Source: Octopus sinensis
Taxonomy: Eukaryota
NCBI RefSeq assembly: GCF_006345805.1
Contig: NC_042997.1
Coordinates: 30,442,001 to 30,506,000, forward strand
Direction: 5' to 3'
Length of the DNA: 64,000 nucleotides
Positions 53,623-64,000 of the stretch are shown piece by piece (position 1 is the first letter of the stretch; the number at the start of each line of letters is the position of its first letter). The translations under genes were made by a program, and so were the position numbers. The notes beneath the pieces were generated by a model. It was not told where the DNA came from, ran no database searches, and was given only the letters and a program-made list of their open reading frames with translations.

Positions 53623-54209
53623 GTGTCATGGGGGTGTGTCTGGGAAAGGGAGAGGCAGGTTAAATCTTGAAGAAAGACAATATTATGCTATTGTTAGGCT
53701 CCTTTCTTTACATTTGTTAGGACAATCATGCCTGATGGGGTTTAGTCTTGATGTATGACCTGTACCCAGCGGGTATAAACTTAAGTTCATTCACAATATA
53801 GTTTCACGAAAAGCAGGGAATGTTTACAGAATATATTTTTTGTTAACGTTTTCTTTGTTATATATGTGTGTGTGTGGCATACATTGACATTGTCTGAATC
53901 TATATATTGTTATATATTATAATGGAGAAAGCTGCTTACTAATTAGGTATATAACAGTTACCAAGAATACTAAAAGAAAGCAGTTATTAAAGGCTTAACC
54001 GTTTGGAATTTTTTTTTATAAATTCATCTTCCAAGAAATTGTCTATAATTTCGATTTCTGAACTTTATTGAATTTTTGAACTCTAATTTTCACAAATTTA
54101 AGTATTCGTTGCACTCACTACGGAATATTCCGTTTTCATTTGCAAAGTCTCTCACTTTCTATTTTCATTTCAAGTTTTAATTCGCTATTTAGAAAACCTA
54201 CAGTTTTTT

Positions 54210-54980
54210 TCTATATACGTAATGTAAAAACGTTATTTATTGAACGAAATTTTTTTAATATACCGGTATAATTTTTGTAAAAAAAAATTAAGAATTGATT
54301 TTGTTGATATAACTGTTTGGAACGCTCCGGACCGATTTTGGTCATTTTTTAACTTAAAGATCATGGGAGGAACCTTTTCTGTTTCTAGCACAACGCAAAC
54401 CACCCTCCGTTTTCACTCTCACATGTATTGATATTTTTCAATATTTTTCTCCCATTAAATACATTTTATGGAATGATGACAAAGTAACACACGAGGTCTG
54501 TTGGTGGAATATAAGCAACAAAATTTTCAAAACTCTACTTCATACAAAGATGCTCATCCCTTCACTTCGAAGGCTGTGGTTATAAAAAAGTGGGGGAAAT
54601 CCCTGTCAAAACAGAGTAGTTCTAACTTCTTTGGTCTTCCTGATCCGAAAATCAGTTTTAACCAAACTCCTCTTCCCACCTCCTCGGAAAAAAAATTTCC
54701 CCATAAGTTTCTTTATAATTGTAATCTATGCCGTTTGAAAGGTATTTGTATAAACTTTCATTAAAAGATACCCATTTTCCTCAAAGTTATGAGAGGAAAA
54801 ATGTCGGATCTTATGAATTTTCGAAATTCCGTTCTCCGCCCCCGCGGAAAAATTTTTTCCCATAAATCCCTATATCGTCTGAAGCCACATCTAAGCGGTA
54901 TTTGTAGAAAATTTCGTTAAAAACTATCCATTTTTCGGATGTTATGAGACAACAAATTCGTGGGTGTATACATTTGTAGT
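54210..54980 (+). mobile_element. Possible decayed Helitron/Helentron-type non-autonomous element
   Basis: Starts TCTATATA and ends with hairpin ACAAAT...ATTTGT then AG; no second copy in the window. Confidence 0.35.
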
Positions 54981-55053
54981 TATGCCCTTTAAACAATTGT
55001 TTCATTTCATGTATATTTCATTCATTGTTTGCAATGTTCTCTCTCCCCCACTT

Positions 55054-55087
<34 letters not shown>

Positions 55088-55212
55088 ATACACACACATA
55101 CACACACACCACACACACACACACTCACTGCAAAGCTTACAGATAAGCTGCTGATTTGAAAACTCTATGTTGCTTTGAGGAAAGCTAAAACTTGACAAAC
55201 TGCTTCCCCCTC

Positions 55213-55454
55213 CACGGGCATATGGCATAGTTGTTAAGAGTGCGGTCTACTAACCCCAAGATTCCGAGTTCCATTCCAGGCAATGACCTGAATAATAATA
55301 ATAACAACAACAACATCGAAAAATACCTTAGGAATGAGAACCCAGGTTCGAAATTTCCCCAAGACACCTGATAAAGGCTGGGGGGTATATCAGCCGAAAC
55401 GTGTTAACAACAAACAAGATGAGGGCAAATATCCATCAAATGTAAATAATGTAC
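55213..55454 (+). mobile_element. tRNA-headed SINE-like element with Penelope-like, hammerhead-bearing 3' half
   Basis: A box TGGCATAGTTG (55223-55233), B box GTTCCATTCC (55268-55277), (AAT)n(AAC)n linker, then sequence matching the arms of 9313-9564. Confidence 0.75.
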
Positions 55455-55934
55455 CTTGATTTACATTTGATTTGCTTAAAAATGCGAGATTATGACTGTG
55501 ATGAAATAATAACAGCAATATTTACCAAACAAGTAAGCACTATTATGCAAAGAAATAATTTGACGTAAAATATAAAAATTATTAGAATTGGGAATCAAAT
55601 GTGAAAATATCAAGTGGCTAGTACAAAACCGCCTGGAGAGCGGTCTTTCTGCTAGTAAAGATAATGTTGTCTGGTTGAAAGAAGACGAAGGAAGAGATGA
55701 ATGAGAGGGAGTGAAGGAGGACTTACGGTAAAGAGGAAGGGAAAGATTTATTAGGGATAAGGAAGGAAAAATTGAAATGAGAGGAAAAATTAGGAGAAAG
55801 GGAGAAAGCCGTTCTGAAATACATAACTCATCTGCCAACACCACAGTATGTTGTGTGTATGTGTGTCATGTGACCATCAAAAGTAACTGACGCCATAATG
55901 ACCCAGAATTAATTTACAAAACTTGGTGTTTTCG

Positions 55935-55969
<35 letters not shown>

Positions 55970-56353
55970 ATTTTTGCAGTAGCCATCTCGGTGATGCTGG
56001 AAATTTCTTCGGAATTAAATGTTCTTTGTCTTTATCTAAGGGTTTTATCCTTTGTTGGATTTTCCACTGCATTGGAATCTGAAATTGGTTGAGGCCGCTC
56101 TGCTTTCGTTGTAGCTAATCGGCGAGTTACAAAGCGCTTTTAAATTCCATATATATATATTTTTTTTTTTTCTTTTCGTAACATATTTCTACTATATAAC
56201 TTAGAATAACTTAGAAAGGTTTTGGCCAGTATTGATACATATATATATATTATATATACACATATATATATATATAAATAAATATATATATATATATATA
56301 ATAAATATTATATATATATTATATATATATATATACACTATATACATATATAC

Positions 56354-56407
<54 letters not shown>

Positions 56408-56646
56408 CATATATACATATATATATAAATATATATATGTACATATATATATAAATATATAAATATATATATTTACCAGGTGGTGCTATTAAGTTAGACA
56501 TGGCCTGGGCCAATAATGGCCGAAACCTATCAAAGTATATATATATATATATAAAATATTATTCGAGACAAAACCACTATTTTGCAAAACAAACAAGGAA
56601 AGACTAATTAATACATAAAATTTTAATAAATAGTCAAAAAAAACCG

Positions 56647-56689
56647 CCACTACAATCGTTTCTTGTCTTGATCGACAATCTTCAGGTGG
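56647..56689 (-). ncRNA. Minimal type-I hammerhead ribozyme, intact core
   Basis: Exact reverse complement of 56737-56779. Confidence 0.75.
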
Positions 56690-56736
56690 ACTTCCAATAA
56701 TTCAGTGTCATAATTTGACACTGAATTATTGGAAGT

Positions 56737-56779
56737 CCACCTGAAGATTGTCGATCAAGACAAGAAACGATTGTAGTGG
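56737..56779 (+). ncRNA. Minimal type-I hammerhead ribozyme, intact core
   Basis: CCAC-CUGAAGA-UUGUC(GAUCAA)GACAA-GAAAC(GAUU)GUA-GUGG; predicted cleavage after GUA at 56775. Confidence 0.75.
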
Positions 56780-56954
56780 CGGTTTTTTTGACTATTTATT
56801 AAAATTTTATGTATTATTAGTCTTTCCTTGTTTGTTTTGCAAAATAGTGGTTTTGTCTCGAATAATATTTTATAATATTTTACTATAAAATTGATTTAAT
56901 CATAAATCTGATTTTTTCCCTGTAAATTTGGATTTATTCCCTAATATTTATTAT

Positions 56955-57021
<67 letters not shown>

Positions 57022-57102
57022 TTTGATACTTTGATAGGTTTCTATTAAGTTAGACATGGCCTGGGCCAATAATGGCCGAAACCTATCAAAGTATATATAT
57101 AT

Positions 57103-57144
<42 letters not shown>

Positions 57145-57304
57145 TTTGATACTTTGACAGGTTTCGGCCATTATTGGCCCAGGCCATGTCTAACTTAATA
57201 GCACCACCTGGTAAATATATATATTTATATATTTATATATATATGTACATATATATTTATATATATATGTATATATGTATATATGTGTATATATATATTA
57301 TATA

Positions 57305-57357
<53 letters not shown>

Positions 57358-57699
57358 ATATGCATGTATGTAGCAGCTGATTCTTCTGGTCCCTATCTAT
57401 CAAATTTATAAAATCCCCTTCCTCACCTGTACTCAGCGACGATGGTTCTGAGAGCAGTACACTCACGGAAAGAAACTTTTACGTTGGCAACCAGATTCAC
57501 AGCTACATCCTCTCTGCACACAATTAGTAAATCGCCTTCAAATCGATTTTTTTATTCCTTTTCAGCCTTCCAGATTTACCACCATATATGCATACACTAT
57601 AAATGCGAAAACACCTCCAGGCACTTCAAACCAACAAAGTCACCAAACCTGACAATGTTCCTTCCACTATCCACAAATATTATCGCCTAACTCTTCAAT

Positions 57700-58019
57700 T
57701 CCTCCCTCTCTATTGAGACCTACTCTGATTTTTGGAAACATACTACAACGTGTTGCATTCCTAGGAAAGGCAACCTTTTTAGACCCTGTCCTCTCTCACC
57801 CTATCGCACTCCTAACATAATCTCCAAGGTGATGGAGGCAGCCATTAACAATGTCGTTTTCCAACGCCTTGAATCCCTCTTTCTCTTTCTCCAGTTCTCT
57901 CGCTCGCTCTAGCTCTCTCTCTCTCTTCTCACCCTCGCTTTCACTTTCGTTCGTCCATGCTCTCTCTCCCCTCTCTCTTTCACTCTTCTTTTTCATCCTC
58001 TCTTTCACTCATGTTCTTC

Positions 58020-58086
<67 letters not shown>

Positions 58087-59400
58087 AAGAACGATATCTA
58101 CAGTCTCCTAAAGCCAAATTCACCGGTATACTACTCGGCGGCGAGCTGGCAGAAACGTTAGCGCGCCAAACGAAATGCTTAGCGGTATTTCGTCTGCCGC
58201 TACGTTCTGAGTTCAAATTACGCCGAGGTCGACTTTGCCTTTCATCCTTTCGGGGTCGATAAATTAAGTACCAGTTACGCACTGGGGTCGATGTAATCGA
58301 CTTAATACCTATGTCTGTCCTTGTTTGCCCCTTCTATGTTTAGCCCCTTGTGGGTAATAAAGAAATAGGTATACTACTTTCTTATGCCACTTCGCCTTGA
58401 CGAAATACCATGAAAGCAATGTTGGCCTTGACATCATCAAATCTTTCGACCGTGTCTGGCGAGTGAATTTCCTGCTGATACTACCCACTTTTCAGCTCTA
58501 CCAGTTTCTCATCTCTCGAACTGGTACTTCCCTATCAGTTCTCACTAAATCGGCTTGTTGTCGAAGCTCTTTTTGTTCCTCACTATTAATTCCAGCGTAC
58601 CCAATGGCTCTGTTTTGTTCCCTGCTCTCTTTCTTCCATACATTAATGACTGATTAGCTGTCACGTCCAGCAACATCCTCTTTTGCGCAGATAGCATTAT
58701 TCTTCATTATTCCCGAGTTCTATCCCACCGTGCATCATCTGCACGCAACCAAGGCACCACACGCCAAATCCGCACCGATTTCATTAAACGAGTACTTTGA
58801 AAGGATCCCCCAATGGAGTATACCAGTTTTGTCTATTTCAGCAGTAAAAGCAACACAAATGACACTCATATCAAATAAACACCATCGCGCCACACACCCT
58901 CTTAAGCATGAACAGCATGCAGCCAGAGCCCTAACAATTACTAAAAAAATTGGGAAAATTGGGAAAATTGGGAAAATGCTATCCCGGGAACATAGCGAGA
59001 ACTACATTCCAGCAACTAGCCCTTCTATTCATAACAAGCAGATACGTTAGCCCCAACAGTTATCGCCACTCTACTATGCTCAACTGAGGCTAGAATTGGA
59101 ATAGTGCATCCACATCTGGGACGGTGTTGCTGCTGCACACATCGATATCCTCAACAGCATCTAAATTTGGAACCCATCACACTGTTCGGTATGAGCGCTC
59201 TGAGAAGCATACCAGCTTATGGCTCACAACAGAATTTATTATCTCTCCCTTTTCTCCCGTTACTATAATAGCCTCTACTCCTCAGAACAAGGTGGGGGCC
59301 AAATCACCTCCACTCAACAGGAGTCTTGCGAAGAAGAGACATTAGCGCAGGTCTAGAAAGATTAAATCCGACCCACACTGCACACAATACCCAGTCCTCA
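57700..59400 (+). pseudogene. CR1/L2-group LINE RT remnant
   Basis: ISKVMEAAINNVVFQRLES, LDIIKSFDRVW, FCADSIILH (YADD-like) and CIHIWDG; interrupted by (CT)n and a SINE D. Confidence 0.72.
58136..58367 (+). mobile_element. SINE family D, full length
   Basis: 11-bp TSD GGTATACTACT at 58125-58135 and 58368-58378. Confidence 0.95.
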
Positions 59401-59411
59401 AATCATTAGCT

Positions 59412-60278
59412 TTCAGGAATTCTAGAAGTTTTGAGACTTTTTAGGATAGGTAGTTGTAACTTCTTGAGGATCATAGTTTTTTCATATCATTACTATACAT
59501 CAAATAAAGCGACCTGTAATTTTTTTGCTATTCTAGATTAAAGGAGACGTTTGTAACAGCTCTTTGAAAAGACCCTACTAAGCACTGATTGTCACAGCTG
59601 ACTAGTTTGCAGAAAATAGTCAGGGCTTCAAGGCAATTTAGAATCTCGCTATCCAATAAGGTTTTGTGTCAAACTGGGCAGAAATACAAGAAAAACTTAT
59701 GAAATGCTCCAGACAGCTTATGTATTAACTTGTGTGGTCCGAATATGTTTTTCGTTGGGATAAGGGGCCAGGCAAAGCAAGTCCACCGAGACATTCATAA
59801 TGGTTCCCTTTTTCAACGGCAAGGATATCATCTACATCCATTGGGTTCCCTCTGGCCTGATGGTCAACAAAGAGTACTTTGTCGAGTAGAAGAATTCAAG
59901 AGTTAAGATTTTGTCGCAAAAGGCCAGAACACCTGCACAAGGACAATGCACCAGTTAGTGCACAAATCCATCCTAGTAACCAACTACTTGATAGAGATGG
60001 ACATCAAAACTATCCCTCGACTTCCTTATAATACAGTCCTTGCTCCCTATAACTTATGATTGTTCCCCAAGCTGAAGGAAAGATGAAGGAAGCTGTAACA
60101 AGGGTCTTGGACACCTTCACTTTGGAAGATTTCCATGGTCCTTCATGAAGTAGGTGTGCAACTAGCGCATTGAAGTTAGAAGATCCTACTTTGAAGGAGA
60201 TTAAAGTTTTGTACTTCTGTGAAATCAATTAATGCCTCTCTTGAAAATGTTTCAAAGCTTCTGGAATGCATCTTGCAC
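59412..60278 (+). mobile_element. Internally deleted mariner remnant
   Basis: SRYPIRFCVKLGRNTRKTYEMLQTAY, LHKDNAP and LFPKLK; imperfect TIRs ATTCTAGAAGTTTTGAGAC and GTTTCAAAGCTTCTGGAAT. Confidence 0.75.
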
Positions 60279-60525
60279 CTCCGTGCTCTTGTCTTTCCCA
60301 CAGATGGTTCAAGAGAAACATTATTTATAGCAATCTCACCGGTCTAGTAGGGAGAGGTTCAGTGTAGGCTATGTGCATTAATCCTTCCTTCAGACTCAAC
60401 AAGTAAAATAATGAATATAAAATAAAAGAATATATACATGCCTTTTTCACTTTTGGTTATTCTTTTAATCTATACATTTTAGAGAAAGACACACTGTGTG
60501 TGTGTGCGTATGTGTGTGTGTGCGC

Positions 60526-60577
<52 letters not shown>

Positions 60578-60915
60578 TGGACAGTAATATAAGGTGTTAC
60601 GCATTGAAGATATTCATGTGATGTTAGTTTACTCCAACCGATATGTCACCTCCACCTGTCGTAGACAGCTCAATATGGTTTAGGCTCTCCCGTACCACGC
60701 TAGCCTACTGGATATTAGCATAGACGAACAATCATTTAAACACACCCCAGTATTTTACTAGTATTTTATTTATCGACCTTAAGAGTACGAAAGGTAAGAG
60801 ACTCAATAAATTCAATGTGTTAATAAACTATATACCTGTAAACTTGCATAAAGAAATGTGGGTAATTTGAACTACGTTACAAACTGTCTACCTGCTTAAT
60901 ATCAATTAATTTACT

Positions 60916-61110
60916 AAGGCAGCGAACTGGAGAAATGTTAGCACGCCGGATAAAATGCTTAGCAGCATTTCATTCGTGTCTACGTTCTGAGTCCAAATTT
61001 TGCCGTGGTCGACTTTATCTTTCATCCTTTCGGGGTCAATAAAATAATTACCAGCCGAACACTTACTTTCTCCACCACCGAATTTGCTAGCCTTGTGCCA
61101 TTATTTGATA
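60916..61110 (+). mobile_element. Old SINE family D
   Basis: AAGGCAGCGAACTGGAGAAATGTTAGCACGCC...CTTGTGCCA. Confidence 0.8.
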
Positions 61111-61257
61111 CCAATATTACTTAAATTACTACATACAACCTGCCTATATTAACTTCATAATTTTGTCTTTTCGTCTGTTATAGGTCTCATTGTCTTGCCT
61201 CTGTTCTCGGTGTTGCCTTCGAGATACCGAAAGGTAAATATTGTATTCATTTACATT

Positions 61258-61945
61258 TGTTTTTTTGTACTTATTAGTGTTTATTGTTGTTTGACTTAAA
61301 TTTGAATCAGTAGACTTTACAGTCTATGGTGGGGGTCGATGCGGGGTGAGTCAGAGATACAGAAGAGGTAGGGACGAAGGAAGACAGAACGAGGGCGGCG
61401 GGGGAGGGAAGTGACGGGTTTGTCGGCGCCCAGGGGGGGGAGGCGGGATCGGGAGGCCACTGTCGGGAACCGGTGGCAGAAGCAGAGGGGATGCCCAAGG
61501 GGGTGAGGAGCTGCCTGAACTCGAGAATATGCATGCGGTGGAGACGGAACCGGAAGAGAATGAATATAGACATGGAGCATTCTTGGTCTACTGCGTGGGG
61601 AGTGCGGAGGTGGAGGGGAGAGTGTCCAGGTAGAGGGGATTGGTGGGGTGTGGCTACCTGGAGTGGGGGTTCAAGGAGGGTGAGAGGTGTGTTCTCTTGA
61701 ATGACGAGGGATGCGACGTGTTCGTGGGTTCATGTCGTGAATTGATGACTATGATTAGCGTGCCGGTGTTGTATGATGCCCTGCCGCCCGTGGTGGAATA
61801 TGAAGATTTGAGAGATTTTAGACAAAAAATATATGACATGAACAATATAAAAAAAATTATGAAAATGTGAACTTTTTTTTAAAAAAAAGGAGAAAAGAGG
61901 GAAAAAAAACTGTCCAAAATAATGTCTAAATGTAACCACACGACT
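61258..61945 (-). mobile_element. Putative non-autonomous retroposon or retrocopy, GC-rich
   Basis: Sharp GC-rich island; T-rich 5' end, Pro/Ser-rich broken reading frames and AATAAA followed by a short A run on the minus strand; no TSD found. Confidence 0.4.
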
Positions 61946-62120
61946 TCGGGGGTCGAGTGGGCATTGCGCCTCATTTTATCATTTTCGTAATTTCAATCGT
62001 TTATTTTTATTTTTTCTTCCTTGTTCGATTTCTTTTCGTATTTTTATTTGTATTTGTAGTTTTATATTGTCTTTGTAATGTATAACCTCTGTATTTAGCC
62101 CCTTGTGGATAATAAAAAAA
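61946..62120 (+). mobile_element. Retroelement 3' end carrying the family-D tail
   Basis: Ends CCTCTGTATTTAGCCCCTTGTGGATAATAAAAAAA without the SINE D body. Confidence 0.6.
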
Positions 62121-62247
62121 CGAGGACGTTGGTGTTACCTTGGCGGAGGTTTGCGCTCTCTGAGTGCTCTTGTTATTATTAAGGTGGAGAGCTGTTAGAA
62201 TTATAAGCGCTTCGGCCAAAATGCTTAGCTGCATTTCTTCTGATTCA

Positions 62248-62600
62248 TACTTACAGCCTTCTCCATCAAACCTCATTTGGCACAGCCACAAGGCAGGGAA
62301 GCTGCCTGTCTTTCTGGTCAAAGGAAGACGGCGGGGCTATCTTCACAACGGTGTCGGCTGGTAGTCGGATCTCTCTTGCTTGCAACGGTATGTTTGACAG
62401 AAATGATCAAGCACCGTAGGAGTTGGTGCAGGACTGTTTCGTTGCTCTGTGCGCATCTCGAGTAGACTCGGCTGAAGGTACTATTATACATGTAGAATTT
62501 ATCCTGAACCTGTAGCGCTACAAGACCAGAGATTTCGGGAAATTATATTTAGGCTCTGGATAGAAAAATCTCCACTCCGTTTGACAGGCGGGTAAGATCC
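62248..62600 (-). pseudogene. Tx1/L1-clade ORF2 C-terminal (zf-RVT-like) remnant
   Basis: ALQVQDKFYMYNSTFSRVYSRCAQSNETVLHQLLRC then VVKIAPPSSFDQKDRQLPCLVAV; the C...ETxxH...C spacing fits the L1/Tx1 cysteine-rich domain. Confidence 0.62.
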
Positions 62601-62677
62601 ACGAGAGGGAGCTAAAAAGTTCCTGCTTTGGGATAAAAGAAAATACAGGAGGATTAGTTAATTGATTTTATTCAACA

Positions 62678-63010
62678 CTAGCAGTATCGCCCGGCGTTGC
62701 TCGGGTTTGTAAGGGAAATAACTATATAAGCATTTTTAGAGAGTTACTTCCCTTATAGATGCCAATTCGGGCTTTCTTAGCCATTTCTGTTTTGGTGTCT
62801 TCAAGCCATGAAGTCGTTGTTCTAAAAGAACGCTGGTCTCCTTGACAACGCTTTACGGCGTTGATTTCCTTACACTCCCTTCCCCACAGCTTCACGAGGG
62901 AGGGAAGAAGGGGGAGAAGCAAACACATGTGCAGGTGTTTGAGCGTGGACACCAACTCCGCCGTCATCGACACACGAAAAATTATGCATTAAATGGAATA
63001 AAAAATGATG
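62678..63010 (-). mobile_element. Helitron 3' portion running into the gap
   Basis: CTAGCAGTATCGCCCGGCGTTGCTCGGGTTTGTAAGGG matches 7593; the interior differs after about 75 bp. Confidence 0.8.
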
Positions 63011-63110
63011 NNNNNNNNNNNNNNNNNNNNNNNNNNNNNNNNNNNNNNNNNNNNNNNNNNNNNNNNNNNNNNNNNNNNNNNNNNNNNNNNNNNNNNNNNN
63101 NNNNNNNNNN
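63011..63110. other. Assembly gap (100 N)
   Basis: Run of N. Confidence 1.
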
Positions 63111-63593
63111 ACTCTGCTCTATATAATGTTTGTTTTACGCTCGATTTTGCTTTCTTTTTACGATTTTTTTTTCTTAAATTTAAACACAAGGTCAACAGTT
63201 TTTGAGGGTGGGGTTTCTGGATAACATTGACATCTATACTTAAATGGTACTTCAATTTATTAATCCAGAAGGGATTTGAATTCATAACATCTAGAACCGA
63301 AACAAATAGTGCAAGAAATTTTTCTGACGCTTTAACGATTCGGAAAGACTTCCATTTGTATCCCTCCATGAATTTTTTTTTTAATATTAGACATATTAGA
63401 CATGGTGGAAAATTGATTTCCTACCATGTCTTATAATAATAAAGATGAGAAAGTCATAAAAATTAAGAATTTCTATTAAAAAAAATTCATTTCTGTATTA
63501 TATATATTCATGTCCCAGTTTGCCTAACCTTAAGACATAATTGCCTAACTATGAAATTTGCTTAACATTGGGACATGAATAGGCATATACATA

Positions 63594-63766
63594 TAGGCGC
63601 AGGAGTGGCTGTGTGGTAAGTAGCTTGCTTACCAACCACATGGTTCCGGGTTCATTCCCACTGCGTGGCACCTTGGGCAAGTGTCTTCTACTATAGCCTC
63701 GGGCCGACCAAAGCCTTGTGAGTGGATTTAGTAGACGGAAACTGAAAGAAACCTGTCGTATATATG

Positions 63767-63803
<37 letters not shown>

Positions 63804-64000
63804 CTGTGTTTGTGCCCCCAACATCGCTTGACAACCGATGGTGGTTTGTTTACGTCCCCGTAACTTAGCGGTCCAGCAACAGAGACCGATAGAATAAGTA
63901 CTAGGCTTCCAAAGGATAAGTCCTGGGCTCGATTTGCTTGACTAAAGGCGGTGCTCCAGCATGGCCACAGTCAAATGCGTGAAGCAAGTAAAAGAGTAAT
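63594..64000 (+). mobile_element. SINE family C, full length
   Basis: AGGCGCAGGAGTGGCTGTGTGGTAAG head, internal microsatellite and AGTAAAAGAG tail. Confidence 0.93.

Larger units (their letters stand above)
56550..56874. mobile_element. Near-perfect palindrome (~160-bp arms), Penelope-like inverted terminal repeat
   Basis: Arms pair around a 5-nt spacer TAATT (56711-56715); each arm holds a hammerhead fold. Confidence 0.8.
56300..57360. repeat. Nested inverted repeat in (TA)n
   Basis: Outer unit TTACCAGGTGGTGCTATTAAG...GGCCGAAACCTATCAAAG (56473-56535) is inverted at about 57145-57214, with an extra partial copy at 57020-57093; inner palindrome at 56550-56874. Confidence 0.88.

Noticed and set aside
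3676-57380. Numerous ORFs rich in YI/HT/CV/SL dipeptides
   Set aside because: They are translations of (TA)n, (CA)n and (CT)n microsatellites.
13671-63824. Recurring ORFs such as RQASFSFRLPNPLTRLWSARGYSRRHLPKVPRSG and MRNWYLIYRPRKDERQS
   Set aside because: They are read-through of SINE families A, C and D, not a gene family.

Overview
This is eukaryotic, AT-rich and extremely repeat-dense DNA. The SINE sequences and microsatellite load resemble an Octopus (cephalopod) genome, recognised from memory and not searched. I can support no host protein-coding gene; nearly all listed ORFs are microsatellite or SINE read-through. The window contains at least five interspersed SINE families (my labels A-E) in many copies, several with target-site duplications (TSDs). 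It also holds decayed mariner/Tc1 elements and MITEs, non-autonomous Helitrons plus a PIF1-helicase remnant, CR1/L2-like RT remnants, a Tx1/L1-like ORF2 C-terminal remnant and a 100-N gap. Three things stand out. (1) Several unrelated short elements, often in inverted-repeat form and often beside (TA)n, carry minimal type-I hammerhead ribozyme folds of the kind known from Penelope-like elements. One has an intact core on both arms of a 325-bp palindrome, and one is fused behind a tRNA-derived Pol III head. (2) A TSD-bounded 1.73-kb retroelement encodes only an ORF1/zinc-knuckle protein, shares its 3' tail with SINE family D and is inserted into a family D copy. (3) Family D multimers all join at the same internal site.
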